A stretch of DNA of 58,221 nt from the NCBI GenBank assembly GCA_025362675.1, contig JANYFN010000224.1:1-58221 (forward strand), read 5' to 3'. The notes beneath the pieces are model-generated. The model was not told where the DNA came from and searched no databases. It was given only the letters and a program-made list of their open reading frames with translations. Below, piece by piece: positions 1 through 10,621 of this stretch. A program made the translations under genes and the position numbers. The stretch is from Limisphaerales bacterium. GTDB lineage: Bacteria; Verrucomicrobiota; Verrucomicrobiia; Limisphaerales; UBA11358. The stretch's first letter is position 1. Each line of letters opens with the position of its first letter.

Positions 1-2300
1 GTCTGCCAAAAAAGCGGCAGCACTTGAAACGACAAATGAGCACCCGTTTCACTCCAGACCCCGTGATTATTGCAGGCAGTTACTTCAAAGTTATATTTTC
101 CAGGTGGTAGGTGAGAAAAATAAGTCACCCTTTGGTCTGCGGCCTGAATCCAACGCTTGTCGAAACCTTCTAATCGGTAACGAAAGCGAACCTGCTTCGG
201 CGCGGACAAACTTAGGGCCGTGTAACGTATCTCCAATTGCCGGGTGCCAGCCGGACAGCGGACAAACTTAGGGCCGTCGTCAACGCCAAGCGCTGAGTCA
301 GTCGTTGGAATCATCTTACCATCCGCCCGCACGGACTCGATGACCACTGGCGGCGCTAATTCATTCGGTTGGATGGCCTGTGGATCAACCATCGCCAATC
401 CTACACTGGTGACATACCATAGCCGATCATCGGCCGTGCGGCAGGCAATCGGCTGATAGCCACCCATAATTTCCCAAGTGCCCAATCCATCGCCGCTGCC
501 GAGTTGCAGACAATTTACCGACTTAATTTCACCGGCGATAAATTGATCCAGTTGTTTTCGGCTGATACGAAATATGCCGCTGGATGAACCAATCCACAGG
601 TTGCCAGCGTTATCGGAGCGGATGTCACTAATGGAATCATCCGGCAACCCCTGATCATGTGTCAACGTCCCCCAATGGCTATTCTTCAGATAGACCAAGC
701 CATTTCTCCGCGTGCCCATCCATAAGTCGCCATTGGTGGCGCAATGAAGCGCGTGCAGGCTACTGCGCAAAAATTCGCTGCGAATCTGACTAGCCTGATG
801 GGTCAACTGATCGTAGCGAAACAGTCCGCCATCTTGCAACCCCATCCAAATCGAACCATCTCCCCCCTCCGCGAAACACCGCACGTCAGAATTGGTCAAA
901 AAAATTTGCGCGGGATTCGTGCTACCCGTGTCATAGCGCGCCGCTCCCAACGTGGTGCCTAACCAAACAGCTTTGCGAGAATCTTGAAATAATGCGCTGG
1001 GATAACCAGAAGTTGGATTGGAGAGATATCTTCCGATGGGATGCTCTTTATCTCGTAGCCATAAGCCGTAACCAAACATTCCAATCCAAATCCGTCCATT
1101 GGCATCCTCCAATATGCAACACATATCTTGGTGCCAGACATCGTCTGACGGATGTTCCAACACGCGTGCGTCTCGGCTGATCCGATAGCGTCCGGCACCT
1201 TCAGTGCCCACCCAAAAACCTCCAGCCGTCGCCGGGGTAATCGTGGAAACCGCCCGGTTTTGCCAGTTATCCGCCGGGGTGATCATCTTAACCACACGCT
1301 TTGAAAGACGATTCAACCCATGAACTGTTCCTACCCAGAGGTTCTTCTCTCGATCCTCGCATAACGATAACACTTGGTCCTGCGAGAGGCCGCTGGAATG
1401 GTCTAATTTATGTTGTCGGCCATCTGAGTCAACTAACCACAAGCCTTGCCCAAACGTGCCAATCAACAACGTGCCCGATCTGGATTCATGCATTAGAGCA
1501 TTTTCCGTCACCTGTAAGTCCATTACTCCCCGATTTTCCACCCAGGCATCGCCCTGCCACCGGCGGATACATTGGCCGTCGCGAACCCATAATCCGCCAG
1601 CGCGGGCAGGTGAGATGTTGCGCCATTGACCAGATTGACCGGGGATTGTAAGTGTAATCTTCCCTGTTATAGCATCTAAAACATAAAGATTTCCGCCGTC
1701 AACTAATACCCACAAGCCACCTTTTTCCGCCGCACAAATATCCCAGATATCATGATTCTCCGGGCGAATGATCAGCGTTCCGGGAACACAATCTTTCACA
1801 GGCAGCAGGGTGTTCCGGGTGGCGACCCAAACTGTGCCTTCGCGCGTTTCGACTAACCGCTCCACTGGCCCTGAAAGCCCGGAGGGCGGAAGATCAAGTT
1901 TGTGAAAACCGCCGGTATCCTTCCATCCAATTTCCCCCGACTGAGTGCCATACCAGAGACGCCCGTGACTATCCTCCAGAAGACATTTGACCAGACTACT
2001 CGCAAGCCCAGGAGTATCTGAATCATAAAAGCGTTCGAACCGCACGCCATCGAATCGGGCTAAACCATCAAGTGTTGCCAGCCAGATATATCCATCTTGG
2101 GTTTGGACTACTTCATGAATTCGCGCTGAAGGCAATCCGTCTTGAACCTGCCAATCAACGATGACAAAGTCAGAGTCTTGCGTGCCGCCAAACTCGTCCG
2201 CCAAAACTAAATTTGTTAGAAAAAGCCACGCCAGCAAAAAGTAAATGTTTTTGCAGACGACCCGCTGTCGAAACAACCGACCAAGTGCGGATGCTTTCAT
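1..2300 (-). CDS. Two-component sensor (Reg_prop beta-propeller + Y_Y_Y domain), 3' end beyond window; probably a histidine kinase
   Basis: Not in the ORF track because no stop lies in the window. Manual translation from ATG 2300: MKASALG...WQVQDGLPSARIHEVVQTQDGYIWLATLDGLARFDGVRF (propeller repeat). At the left edge, in the same frame: IRYTALSLSAPKQVRFRYRLEGFDKRW...LPPGKYNFEVTACNNHGVWSE...LPLFWQ (Y_Y_Y domain ahead of a TM helix). The middle was not translated codon by codon; the kinase domain is not visible. Confidence 0.88.
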   Translation of the reverse strand, partial: MKASALGRLFRQRVVCKNIYFLLAWLFLTNLVLADEFGGTQDSDFVIVDWQVQDGLPSARIHEVVQTQDGYIWLATLDGLARFDGVRFERFYDSDTPGLASSLVKCLLEDSHGRLWYGTQSGEIGWKDTGGFHKLDLPPSGLSGPVERLVETREGTVWVATRNTLLPVKDCVPGTLIIRPENHDIWDICAAEKGGLWVLVDGGNLYVLDAITGKITLTIPGQSGQWRNISPARAGGLWVRDGQCIRRWQGDAWVENRGVMDLQVTENALMHESRSGTLLIGTFGQGLWLVDSDGRQHKLDHSSGLSQDQVLSLCEDREKNLWVGTVHGLNRLSKRVVKMITPADNWQNRAVSTITPATAGGFWVGTEGAGRYRISRDARVLEHPSDDVWHQDMCCILEDANGRIWIGMFGYGLWLRDKEHPIGRYLSNPTSGYPSALFQDSRKAVWLGTTLGAARYDTGSTNPAQIFLTNSDVRCFAEGGDGSIWMGLQDGGLFRYDQLTHQASQIRSEFLRSSLHALHCATNGDLWMGTRRNGLVYLKNSHWGTLTHDQGLPDDSISDIRSDNAGNLWIGSSSGIFRISRKQLDQFIAGEIKSVNCLQLGSGDGLGTWEIMGGYQPIACRTADDRLWYVTSVGLAMVDPQAIQPNELAPPVVIESVRADGKMIPTTDSALGVDDGPKFVRCPAGTRQLEIRYTALSLSAPKQVRFRYRLEGFDKRWIQAADQRVTYFSHLPPGKYNFEVTACNNHGVWSETGAHLSFQVLPLFWQ
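202..277. repeat. Perfect 20-bp direct repeat GCGGACAAACTTAGGGCCGT (202-221 and 258-277)
   Basis: Read directly; period 56 bp, inside the sensor CDS. Confidence 0.9.
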
Positions 2301-2438
2301 TTGTTAAATGCTTGCAAAAAAAAGCGCCATTGCCAGTTGAAAAATCTTATGTATCCAACGACAAAAGTGGCACTGATTTTTTATCGGCCACCGAAAATTG
2401 CCGTTCAAAATCAGCTAGGTTGCCAACGTCGCCCACGA

Positions 2439-3335
2439 TCACTCATTCCCAACGAACGGGTAACCACTCACAAGAAAGGCAACGTCATCTTGGGTGGATG
2501 CTGCGCTGGGCGACGATCCATATTTGGAGTTATTCATGCTGGCGGCATACGCACTTGTTGCTCCATTGATCCAACGGCGCGAAGTAGCATGGCCATCCGC
2601 CCAGCAAAACGTGCTGGAACTCCCATGAAACACTGCCGGTGAATCTACCAAGGTCGTGCCCGCCCAATTGTTTGCCGCCGTTCCTTGCACACTCATGACC
2701 CAGGTTCCCCAATTCTCTCCCCGCGGATCGTTTTCTTCTACAAATATAAATTTGCTCGTGGGGTGCTGCAATTGGCCTCGCTTGGTTAAAAGCTCGGTCG
2801 CTGTGGGATGCGCGGGCCAGGCTTGCCCGTTCAGACCGGTTACGGCGGAAAGACTGCGGAAGGTAAACCCGCCGGCAGACGGTAATCTATAACGCAAATC
2901 TCCGGGACAGTGAACCACGTCGGGATTTTTTAGATACTGCGCCAGCGCACCTTGACTAATGCATTGTTGCGTCAATAGAACAATGTAATCTTGGCTGCTT
3001 AAAGCACCTTGCGGGGGCACCACCGGTAAACTGTTCGCTATTCCAGTAGCGGTAGCATACTGGTAGCACCACGGTTTCTGGGTGGTGGTGGCCACATTAT
3101 TCAGGTTCACCAACAGATCTTGATTGTCGTCCGCATACATGATCCAGCCCAAGGCTAGTTGCTTTTCATTACTGAGGCAAACAGCTGTGGAGGCTTTTTG
3201 CTTGGCCTTCGCTAAGGCCGGCAGCAGCATGGCTGCTAGGATGGCGATGATCGCGATGACGACCAAGAGCTCAATCAATGTAAAAGCAGCCGCTCGCCGG
3301 ATATTTTTTGACTGGATTGAAGCAGGATTTTTCAT
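2439..3335 (-). CDS. Prepilin-type N-terminal cleavage/methylation protein with H-X9-DG motif (DUF1559-like)
   Basis: [29 protein letters not shown]...CLSNEKQ; central HCPGD; C-terminal [13 protein letters not shown]. Confidence 0.9.
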   Translation of the reverse strand: MKNPASIQSKNIRRAAAFTLIELLVVIAIIAILAAMLLPALAKAKQKASTAVCLSNEKQLALGWIMYADDNQDLLVNLNNVATTTQKPWCYQYATATGIANSLPVVPPQGALSSQDYIVLLTQQCISQGALAQYLKNPDVVHCPGDLRYRLPSAGGFTFRSLSAVTGLNGQAWPAHPTATELLTKRGQLQHPTSKFIFVEENDPRGENWGTWVMSVQGTAANNWAGTTLVDSPAVFHGSSSTFCWADGHATSRRWINGATSAYAASMNNSKYGSSPSAASTQDDVAFLVSGYPFVGNE

Positions 3336-3354
3336 ATAGTTACTAAATGGTTTA

Positions 3355-4773
3355 TTAGTCTTTTTTTACTTCCACAATTTTATCTGCCAGATCTAGGCGC
3401 ACTACGGAGGCGACCGCATCGGGTGATTTTACTGGCAACGAAAGCGATATGCCCGCCTCACTCTGATGGACCGCAATGGATTGTGCGGGCGCGGCCAATA
3501 GCGATGCTTTCAACACTTTTGTTTTCAAGGCTGGCAATTCAAATGTTCCATCCGTAGGCCAATTGAAAATGATCAGATAGATTTCCCCCGGCTTAGTCGT
3601 GCAACGCCAGTTATTAGCGGAAGAAACCATCGCGTCATTGCCGTAGCCGTCCTTGGCTTTCACGGCGGCTCCAAGTTCACCGCCAAACGGCGTCGCCTTA
3701 GTGCCATAGATCGCCTCGCCATTAACCTTCATCCACTTACCGACCTCAGCGAGACGGTCGAGGCTGGGCTGCGGCATCAAACCTTGGCTCGTCGGCCCGA
3801 CGTTCAGCAGGTAGTTTCCGCCTTTGCTGGCGATATCACAAAGATTGCGGATGATGGTCGCGGCCGACTTCCAATTGTTATCGTTACTTTTGAAGCCCCA
3901 AGTATCATTCATCGTCATACAACTTTCCCAGTCGCGGCCTGGAAATCCGCGCGGCGGAATGTGCTGTTCAGGTGTTTCCGTATCGCCTTTGAAGCCGCCA
4001 CCGAGCCGGTTATTCATGATAATGTTTGGGCGAAGCTGTTTAACCACGTCGTTAAGTTTGCGCGCGCGTTCCTGATTCATACCGCAAGGGGTGTCCCACC
4101 ACAGCACCGCCGGAAACTCGCCGTAGTTAGATAAAATTTCTTTCACCTGCGGCACGGCCACTTGGTCAATGTAATCATCCATGCTGTGCTCCTGAGCTTT
4201 ATCCCATCTAGCTTCGCAAGTCGCTCCGCCATTATTCCAATCTTGCGCCTGCGAATAATAAAAACCGAGTTTGACCCCGTATTTGTGGCACGCGGTGGCG
4301 AGGTCCTTCAACGGGTCTTTGGCAAAGGGCGTCGCTTGAACGATGTTCCATAAACTCGCCTTAGTGTCGAACATGGCAAAACCATCATGGTGCTTCGAAG
4401 TGATGACGATGTATTTCATGCCCGCATCAGCGGCGGCTTTGACCCAGGCATCGGCATCGAATTTCACGGGGTTAAATTCCTTGGCGTATTGTTGGTATTC
4501 CGCCATGGGAATCTTAGCGCGGCACATGATCCACTCGCCAATGCCGGACACTGCTTTGTCGTGATAAAACCCCGCCGGCACGGAATAAACTCCCCAATGA
4601 ATAAACATCCCGAACTTCGCATCCCGCCACCACGCCATCCGCGCATCGCGTTGCGCCGGGGTTTCGGTCGGCAATGAATTCGTTTCATTGGCAATCGCGC
4701 AGTGGGAGCTGACACACAACGCGCCAGCCAGCAACGTCAATACAAACAAGGTTTTAAAGGATTTATTTTTCAT
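3355..4773 (-). CDS. Alpha-L-fucosidase, GH29, with signal peptide
   Basis: [36 protein letters not shown] motifs. ATG 4773 ([18 protein letters not shown]) preferred to TTG 4812. Confidence 0.92.
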   Translation of the reverse strand: MKNKSFKTLFVLTLLAGALCVSSHCAIANETNSLPTETPAQRDARMAWWRDAKFGMFIHWGVYSVPAGFYHDKAVSGIGEWIMCRAKIPMAEYQQYAKEFNPVKFDADAWVKAAADAGMKYIVITSKHHDGFAMFDTKASLWNIVQATPFAKDPLKDLATACHKYGVKLGFYYSQAQDWNNGGATCEARWDKAQEHSMDDYIDQVAVPQVKEILSNYGEFPAVLWWDTPCGMNQERARKLNDVVKQLRPNIIMNNRLGGGFKGDTETPEQHIPPRGFPGRDWESCMTMNDTWGFKSNDNNWKSAATIIRNLCDIASKGGNYLLNVGPTSQGLMPQPSLDRLAEVGKWMKVNGEAIYGTKATPFGGELGAAVKAKDGYGNDAMVSSANNWRCTTKPGEIYLIIFNWPTDGTFELPALKTKVLKASLLAAPAQSIAVHQSEAGISLSLPVKSPDAVASVVRLDLADKIVEVKKD

Positions 4774-4812
4774 GGGTTTCAAATTTGAAGCTAGCAGAGT
4801 AGGCAAAGTCAA

Positions 4813-7800
4813 TCACAAAGGATAGCGTAAGCGAAAGAACAAATTTGTCGCTGCCGGATTGAGTTGAATTGTCAGGTTGGTCGCCGACTGTGAACCTAAG
4901 ATATCAAACCAGTAATTCGAACTTCCTAAGTTCACCGTATTAGACTGTGCGATCCAACCTAGATGATCACCCGGCCAGGTTAGCAAAAGGGTGCTGCCAC
5001 TAAGTGCGAAGTTAAGACTGGTCGGACTGTTGGATACCGTGCTGGTCACCACCAAATCCAAACCACCTGTGCCGTTAGTTTGCAAGGAGACCGTTCCCGA
5101 AGCCCCGTTGCCCGAAACCGTTACTGTTGGCAGCGTGCCTGCTACTTTGCCTAGGTTCCCGGCTGTCGCCGCCGCAATCAGCGGATATTTTCCCGGAGTT
5201 AAAGTCGTTCCGGTATTGTTGACCTTAATCAGCGTGCTGGTAGAGAGAGTCATGGTGCCATTAGTCTGAATCAGCGAGGGATTCACACCATCAGTTAAGA
5301 GTAACACCAAGCCCAGGCTACAATTAGCGTTGCCATTCAGCACCGCTCCCACCGAGCTGTTCATCAACGTGCATCCGCTGCTCAGCGCAAATGTTGAGGT
5401 TTCACCCGACACATCAAACGTCGCGCCGCCCGCCACGATGACGTTTGTGCTGGCAAGTGAACTGTTCCCGGTCAATGCCAACTTACCGCCACTGACAGTG
5501 GTGTTGCCGGTGTAGGTGTTTGTGCCCGACAGCGTCAGCGCGCCTAAACCATTCACTACCAGCGATCCGGTGCCGGAAATATTTCCGGACACAATCTGGC
5601 TGGCAGAACTGTTGTAGTTAAAAGCTCCATTGTCGGTAATGGTGGCCGCATAGTTGCCATTTCCTAATTGCCCTGACCCGCTGATGGTAAGCTTGGCGGT
5701 GTTGATGATCATGCTGCCAGTGTAGGTGTTAGTCCCACCCAACGACACCGTGCCGCCGCCCGCGATGATCAGGTCGGCGACGCCGCCGACACTGGCGTTG
5801 AGGCTCAAGGTTCGCGCGTTGGTGACGCTCCAAAAATGCCGGGAGTAACCCTGCTGGCCACAGATAAATAAAGGCGTGTTGATGGTGAGATCTTGGCTGG
5901 CTCCGGAAAGATCAATGCCGTTGCCGATCACTAAGGTGTTGGTAGCAGTGATAGAAACCAGTCCTGCGGGGTTGCTGACCATGAGGCTGTAAACCGTGAA
6001 ATTATTTAAGTTGGGAATATTGATCGGCAACTTCAGCATCGTGTTCAGATTATTAGTCGAAAGGCTGTTGAAGACCAAAGCATAATTCCCCTCCTGATTT
6101 ACACTCGGGTTTGCCATCGTAGCATTCCAATTGGCAGCCTCGACCCAGGAAGCATTCGTGCTGCCGGTCCACACTGTCGAGACCGGAGTGTAGGGCACAA
6201 TGAACCGCCATTGCACGGCGGTGCCCGTGGTGGTGTTGGCGACCATGCTGAACGCGGCGGTGAAAGTTGAATTGTTGTAAGCCAGAGTCAGCCGCTTGCT
6301 CGTGGCCGGATGCTCCAGATAATACCATCCATACTGATATGAAGTTAGCGACCACTGCACGGCCGTGCCCGTGGTCCCCGGAGCCACCAGTGTAACCGAA
6401 GTGCCATTGTAACTAAGCCGCCGTCCGTCCAAAGCGGAAACCAAGTAATACAACCCGGCTGTGGGAGTTGGCTGCAACGTCCATTTGGTGACGGTATCTC
6501 GAACCAAAATGCTCTTAGCATCCGGCAGTTGGGGATCGAGCATATTTGCCAAGTTCTTTCGCGTGCCGCTGTTATAGATGTAATAAACCTTGTTGGTCTC
6601 CACGTTCGCATCGCAGTCCCAGCCCGCATACAACTCGCCAAACGGCGTGACCAAGCTGTTCGTGTCGTAGGACACGGAAATCGGCGGAGCTGTCACATGA
6701 GCCGTATTCTGAATCCATGGTTCGGTTGCCATGGAACCGGGGCCGGCCCGCCATAGATACAGGGAATACTTCCTCAGCCAAGTCACGCTTTCCGCCCGCC
6801 AGATGAATTCAGCCAGCGCGGTGTAATTATCTTCCTCGGTCCAAACCTGGCCGTCAGTGGTGCCGCTCCAGTCCACAATGCTAAACTCAGTCAGCCACAT
6901 CGGAATCCCATAAGTGTTATAGGCCGTTTGCATGGGATTGATCCAGATGCTGGAGGATCCGCTGGAGTTGTTGCCCGGATATTCATGTGCGGGCAGGTAG
7001 TCCACGCGGCAACCCCAGTTGGTGATGTAGCCATAAAAAGTTTTATTCCAGGTGCCGTTTACATCGGCCGCTGCCGGGCCGGCCAGTGGCAAATCCAAAT
7101 TTTGATCGTTCATCCAATAGATGGCACCATTGGTGGGATCGATGTTTGCCTGATCTACGTGGTCGGGTTCATTAAAGCCCATAACGTTAAGCGAGTAATT
7201 GGCCGTGCGCCAGCCGGGCTGTAAGGTCCAAAGATTCCCAGCCACGGTGCTGCCGCGATACCAAGTGTCCGGATCCATGGGGTAATAATTAACACTAGGC
7301 GCATTAGGGTCCGGGCCATACCACCAGCCATAAGTCCAGTTGGCATCGAACGTGACCGGATAGTTGCCCCACGAACCGGCGACTCCTTTTTTTGGAAAGA
7401 TTTGTGCGAGGGGAATTTGGAAGAGCTGAGTCGCTGAATTGGCCTGCACATTTTGCACCAACGCTCCGCCTTGCGTGTCCAGCACCAAGCCGCTGAATTG
7501 ATTGACTAAATAAAAATTTATGCTGTCCGCCGCCTGCAAATACCACTCCTGATCCGGCAAGGCCGAATAATCTTCTTCCACCAACGCCACCCCAGCGTTC
7601 GTCGTCAACTGCGCACCCGCCAGACAAAGGCCGGTGTTGCGATTGATGAGCCGATACGTCCCGTTGTCGTAGTTCAACAACACTTGATATTGCGTCGTCC
7701 AGTTTGTCACTGCCGCCGTTCCCAAAACCGGCACGCCATTGCTTTCCATGACTACTTTTCCCGCGACTGAATTACTCAGGTAGTAATACGAATCACTGTA

Positions 7801-9429
7801 AGTATCGTATTTCGCCGTGACCGGTGTGTTGGAAACAATCCCCGTCCCTAGCGGATAACCGCCGTTGCTGTTCGCTGGAAAAATGCACAGTTCCTGCACC
7901 GCGCTGACGCCGCTGTTGGTGAATACCAATTGAACTTTGGTTGTGGTCACCGGCGTGGTAAATGGGATGACCAGCGCCGTTGAACTATTGCCCGACACAC
8001 TGCCGCCGGAAATGTTCGCCCACGCGCTCCCAGTCCAGTATTGCAATACGAAGTTGGTCAGCGGCGTCACGCCCGTCCCTCCCGAATACAAATGCGCGCT
8101 CCCAATCTTGTTCGTGAATTGCAAATTGATTAGCAAGGCATTACTACCCACGAGAGTCGTTTGCCACGTCGAGGCCGGACTCACTAATCCGTCGGACGCG
8201 AGCAACGGCCAATTACCATAAGCATTCGCCGTCGCAAACGCGGGCTGCTTGCGAGCCAGATCAATTGAAAAATCCGTGCCAAACGGATAGCTGTTCGTGC
8301 CATTCGGCGGATACAATGCGAGTTGCCGGATGCGAATCGGACTGTCCAGCGAATCATAAACCCGGAATGACGTGGACGTGATTGCAGAACTGAAGACAAT
8401 GTTTCGCTCCACGTTGGTGTTGCCAACCACCGTCGAGCCGGGCACTGTGACCCAATTCCCATTCGTCAGATATTGAAAGTAGAAAACGGTCATGGGCGAA
8501 GCGTTGTTCAGTCCCATCGCCAGTTGCGCGCTGCCCACGCTCACGGGAAATGGAAACGTCACGCCGGCCCAATGCGGCCCGGAGTTGTCGCTCATCCAAC
8601 CACTGTTGTCCGTAACAAAGCCTTGCGTGATATAAGCCGCAGACTGCGTTCCGTTGGTCGAATCCGTAATGACCGGCTGATACTTCGCCAAGTTCACTCG
8701 CGCCGGGTTGAAAGCATACACGCCGACATCGCGCAGATTGATGGCGTTGAGCTGCACCTCAACCGTGCTGGTCAGCGTGAACACCTGGCTCGTGCTGTTC
8801 GCCACGAAATTACCGATCGTATATTGGCCCAGGCCCCCAGCGGCATGCGTCACGTTATAAGCCAACGTGACCGTGTTACCACCAACAATATTTTCAACAC
8901 GGGTGGCGAAGTTGGTGCGCGTGTCCGCCGCCCAAACCTGCACGGCATAGCTATGGCCGGGAATCAAATTATTCAACGTCACCGTCCCAGAAGTCACGTC
9001 TCCGTAGGCGCAACCTTTCAGCACAGTTTGGTAAGGAGTGCTCAATCCCGCGAACGGCTGATTAGTTGTGGCAAAAGGAGTAAGATCGCCCTGGAAGTTG
9101 GCACTAAAGGTTATGTTACCGCCGCCCCAGGTGGCATGACCGGTGACGGCGACGAAGGTCACGCCATTCACATTCGTGGTGCCGGTAGTAATGCCACGGG
9201 CATAGGCATAGAGCGCAGTGCCGTTGGTGTTCACATCCGTATCACCGCTCATAGTTGTTGGCACCCCCCAGGTGAGGCTGGCCGCAAATCCAGTCACTGC
9301 CGCCAGATAAAATCCTACCGCGAGCGCTAGCCAAATCAGTGCCTGAGGCCGTGCCGGACTGCGTCCGGAAAACGACCCCGTGGACAAGCTTGACCTGCTC
9401 TTATAATTGGCGGCAGTAAGGTTTTGCAT
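4813..9429 (-). CDS. Large secreted multidomain protein: N-terminal beta-rich domain, discoidin/F5-8-like modules, ricin-like modules, GH128-like (Glyco_hydro_cc) catalytic domain, autotransporter-associated beta-strand repeats, FFRL tail
   Basis: KKGVAG...WTYGW...GFNEPD...DYLPAHEY...PMWLTEF (clan GH-A NEP/TEF pair). YRLINRNTGLCL and QEWYL are ricin-like. LTLSGTNTYTGNTTVSGGKL repeats. Ends NLFFRLRYPL. Confidence 0.8.
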   Translation of the reverse strand: MQNLTAANYKSRSSLSTGSFSGRSPARPQALIWLALAVGFYLAAVTGFAASLTWGVPTTMSGDTDVNTNGTALYAYARGITTGTTNVNGVTFVAVTGHATWGGGNITFSANFQGDLTPFATTNQPFAGLSTPYQTVLKGCAYGDVTSGTVTLNNLIPGHSYAVQVWAADTRTNFATRVENIVGGNTVTLAYNVTHAAGGLGQYTIGNFVANSTSQVFTLTSTVEVQLNAINLRDVGVYAFNPARVNLAKYQPVITDSTNGTQSAAYITQGFVTDNSGWMSDNSGPHWAGVTFPFPVSVGSAQLAMGLNNASPMTVFYFQYLTNGNWVTVPGSTVVGNTNVERNIVFSSAITSTSFRVYDSLDSPIRIRQLALYPPNGTNSYPFGTDFSIDLARKQPAFATANAYGNWPLLASDGLVSPASTWQTTLVGSNALLINLQFTNKIGSAHLYSGGTGVTPLTNFVLQYWTGSAWANISGGSVSGNSSTALVIPFTTPVTTTKVQLVFTNSGVSAVQELCIFPANSNGGYPLGTGIVSNTPVTAKYDTYSDSYYYLSNSVAGKVVMESNGVPVLGTAAVTNWTTQYQVLLNYDNGTYRLINRNTGLCLAGAQLTTNAGVALVEEDYSALPDQEWYLQAADSINFYLVNQFSGLVLDTQGGALVQNVQANSATQLFQIPLAQIFPKKGVAGSWGNYPVTFDANWTYGWWYGPDPNAPSVNYYPMDPDTWYRGSTVAGNLWTLQPGWRTANYSLNVMGFNEPDHVDQANIDPTNGAIYWMNDQNLDLPLAGPAAADVNGTWNKTFYGYITNWGCRVDYLPAHEYPGNNSSGSSSIWINPMQTAYNTYGIPMWLTEFSIVDWSGTTDGQVWTEEDNYTALAEFIWRAESVTWLRKYSLYLWRAGPGSMATEPWIQNTAHVTAPPISVSYDTNSLVTPFGELYAGWDCDANVETNKVYYIYNSGTRKNLANMLDPQLPDAKSILVRDTVTKWTLQPTPTAGLYYLVSALDGRRLSYNGTSVTLVAPGTTGTAVQWSLTSYQYGWYYLEHPATSKRLTLAYNNSTFTAAFSMVANTTTGTAVQWRFIVPYTPVSTVWTGSTNASWVEAANWNATMANPSVNQEGNYALVFNSLSTNNLNTMLKLPINIPNLNNFTVYSLMVSNPAGLVSITATNTLVIGNGIDLSGASQDLTINTPLFICGQQGYSRHFWSVTNARTLSLNASVGGVADLIIAGGGTVSLGGTNTYTGSMIINTAKLTISGSGQLGNGNYAATITDNGAFNYNSSASQIVSGNISGTGSLVVNGLGALTLSGTNTYTGNTTVSGGKLALTGNSSLASTNVIVAGGATFDVSGETSTFALSSGCTLMNSSVGAVLNGNANCSLGLVLLLTDGVNPSLIQTNGTMTLSTSTLIKVNNTGTTLTPGKYPLIAAATAGNLGKVAGTLPTVTVSGNGASGTVSLQTNGTGGLDLVVTSTVSNSPTSLNFALSGSTLLLTWPGDHLGWIAQSNTVNLGSSNYWFDILGSQSATNLTIQLNPAATNLFFRLRYPL

Positions 9430-9497
9430 GAATGTTCGTTGGATTCTACTCTATCTTGAATCAATTTTCTAAAATCTGGATTAAACGAGGCGTAAAT

Positions 9498-10358
9498 CTA
9501 GGGTGCGGGAGTCGAACTCCAGGGGTTGGCAACCGGCGTGCAACCATTATACCACACCACATTTTTTATATCTTGCAGCTTCCACAACGAAGCGTGCCCA
9601 TCGGCAAAAGCCAGGTCGGTGGCGCCCGCTAGCGGCTGCCCGGCGGTGACGGTCGCGCCGGCTTTCATTGGATGGCGGGCGATACAGATTCGGCCCAAAC
9701 TTGTGTTCTGATTGCCATTGAACAAATCCGTCGGCGGCATAGCGGCGTGGGTGGGCCAGCTATCCGGCCAGATAGCATCCATAAAAGTCGGGGTGCTGGC
9801 GGGTTGTGAAATTGAGGACTCTTTCGGGAAAAAATACGGCGCGTTGGCTGGCGGCACATAAGTGGAAATGCCACTCGATTGGTCATACTGGTATAGCCAG
9901 CCATTCATGGCGTAGCTACCCGTGTTCAAATCTGCGTTATTGGCAATGCCCCAATGCCACGGCGTCTTCGCGTCACCATAGGTGTTCGTCACCGCTCCAA
10001 AATTAGCTGCGGTCGGGCACAAACGGATGGCCGCCACCTGTGATTGATAGGCGATCAGAGTCTGCATCCACAGCACGTTGACCGAATTATAATAGATCGC
10101 TTTGCCAAAATCCTGTTGATACATGATGTAAGCCAAATCCATTTGTTTGAGGTTACTGATACATTTAATCCCATAAGCCCTCTGCTTGGCGGCGGACAGC
10201 GCCGGCAACAGCATCGCCGCTAGAATCGCGATGATGGCAATGACCACGAGTAGTTCGATGAGTGTGAAGCCGTGTGTTTTGCCCGACCGCGGCGGTTGGA
10301 TTACAGCCGCCGCGCGGGAGTGGGCGTGAGGGAGTAGTATCAGCGATTTATTACTCAT
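9498..10358 (-). CDS. Prepilin-type N-terminal cleavage/methylation protein (DUF1559-like)
   Basis: [25 protein letters not shown]; CISNLKQ; LCP; RH...AFADGH. Confidence 0.9.
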   Translation of the reverse strand: MSNKSLILLPHAHSRAAAVIQPPRSGKTHGFTLIELLVVIAIIAILAAMLLPALSAAKQRAYGIKCISNLKQMDLAYIMYQQDFGKAIYYNSVNVLWMQTLIAYQSQVAAIRLCPTAANFGAVTNTYGDAKTPWHWGIANNADLNTGSYAMNGWLYQYDQSSGISTYVPPANAPYFFPKESSISQPASTPTFMDAIWPDSWPTHAAMPPTDLFNGNQNTSLGRICIARHPMKAGATVTAGQPLAGATDLAFADGHASLWKLQDIKNVVWYNGCTPVANPWSSTPAP

Positions 10359-10487
10359 AATCTCATGATTTTAATGGCGCATTCAAATTTGTTCTCGGTC
10401 ACCGCCAAACGTGATAATCCCAGTGCCTTCAAACATTGATGCGGTGAACTTAATAAACAATGTGGACTTTTTCGCTTTTCTTACAAA

Positions 10488-10503
10488 TCACGAGTTCTCG
10501 TGA
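10488..10503. promoter_or_regulatory. 7-2-7 palindromic operator, site A (TCACGAGTTCTCGTGA)
   Basis: Perfect 7-bp inverted arms. On the minus strand it is followed by TTTGTA-N17-CACATT towards the 10358 gene. Confidence 0.75.
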
Positions 10504-10562
10504 GAGCATCCACCGCCTTGGCCACCGTCGATTCCATGGCATCCAGGATTTTTTATAGGGTT

Positions 10563-10598
10563 GAGGCCGTCACAGGAACCCAAGCCTGCGACGGCCTC
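10563..10598 (-). other. Stem-loop just downstream of the 1932-aa gene (stabiliser or terminator)
   Basis: Minus strand GAGGCCGTCGCAGG-CTTGGGTT-CCTGTGACGGCCTC; 14-bp stem with one G-U; no U-tract. Confidence 0.6.
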
Positions 10599-10621
10599 TA
10601 CTTCAACCTAAGCTCGACCGC

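Noticed and set aside
244-2712. Short ORFs listed over 244-2712
   Set aside because: They are shadows of the minus-strand sensor gene (1-2300) and the pilin-like gene; no recognisable motifs.
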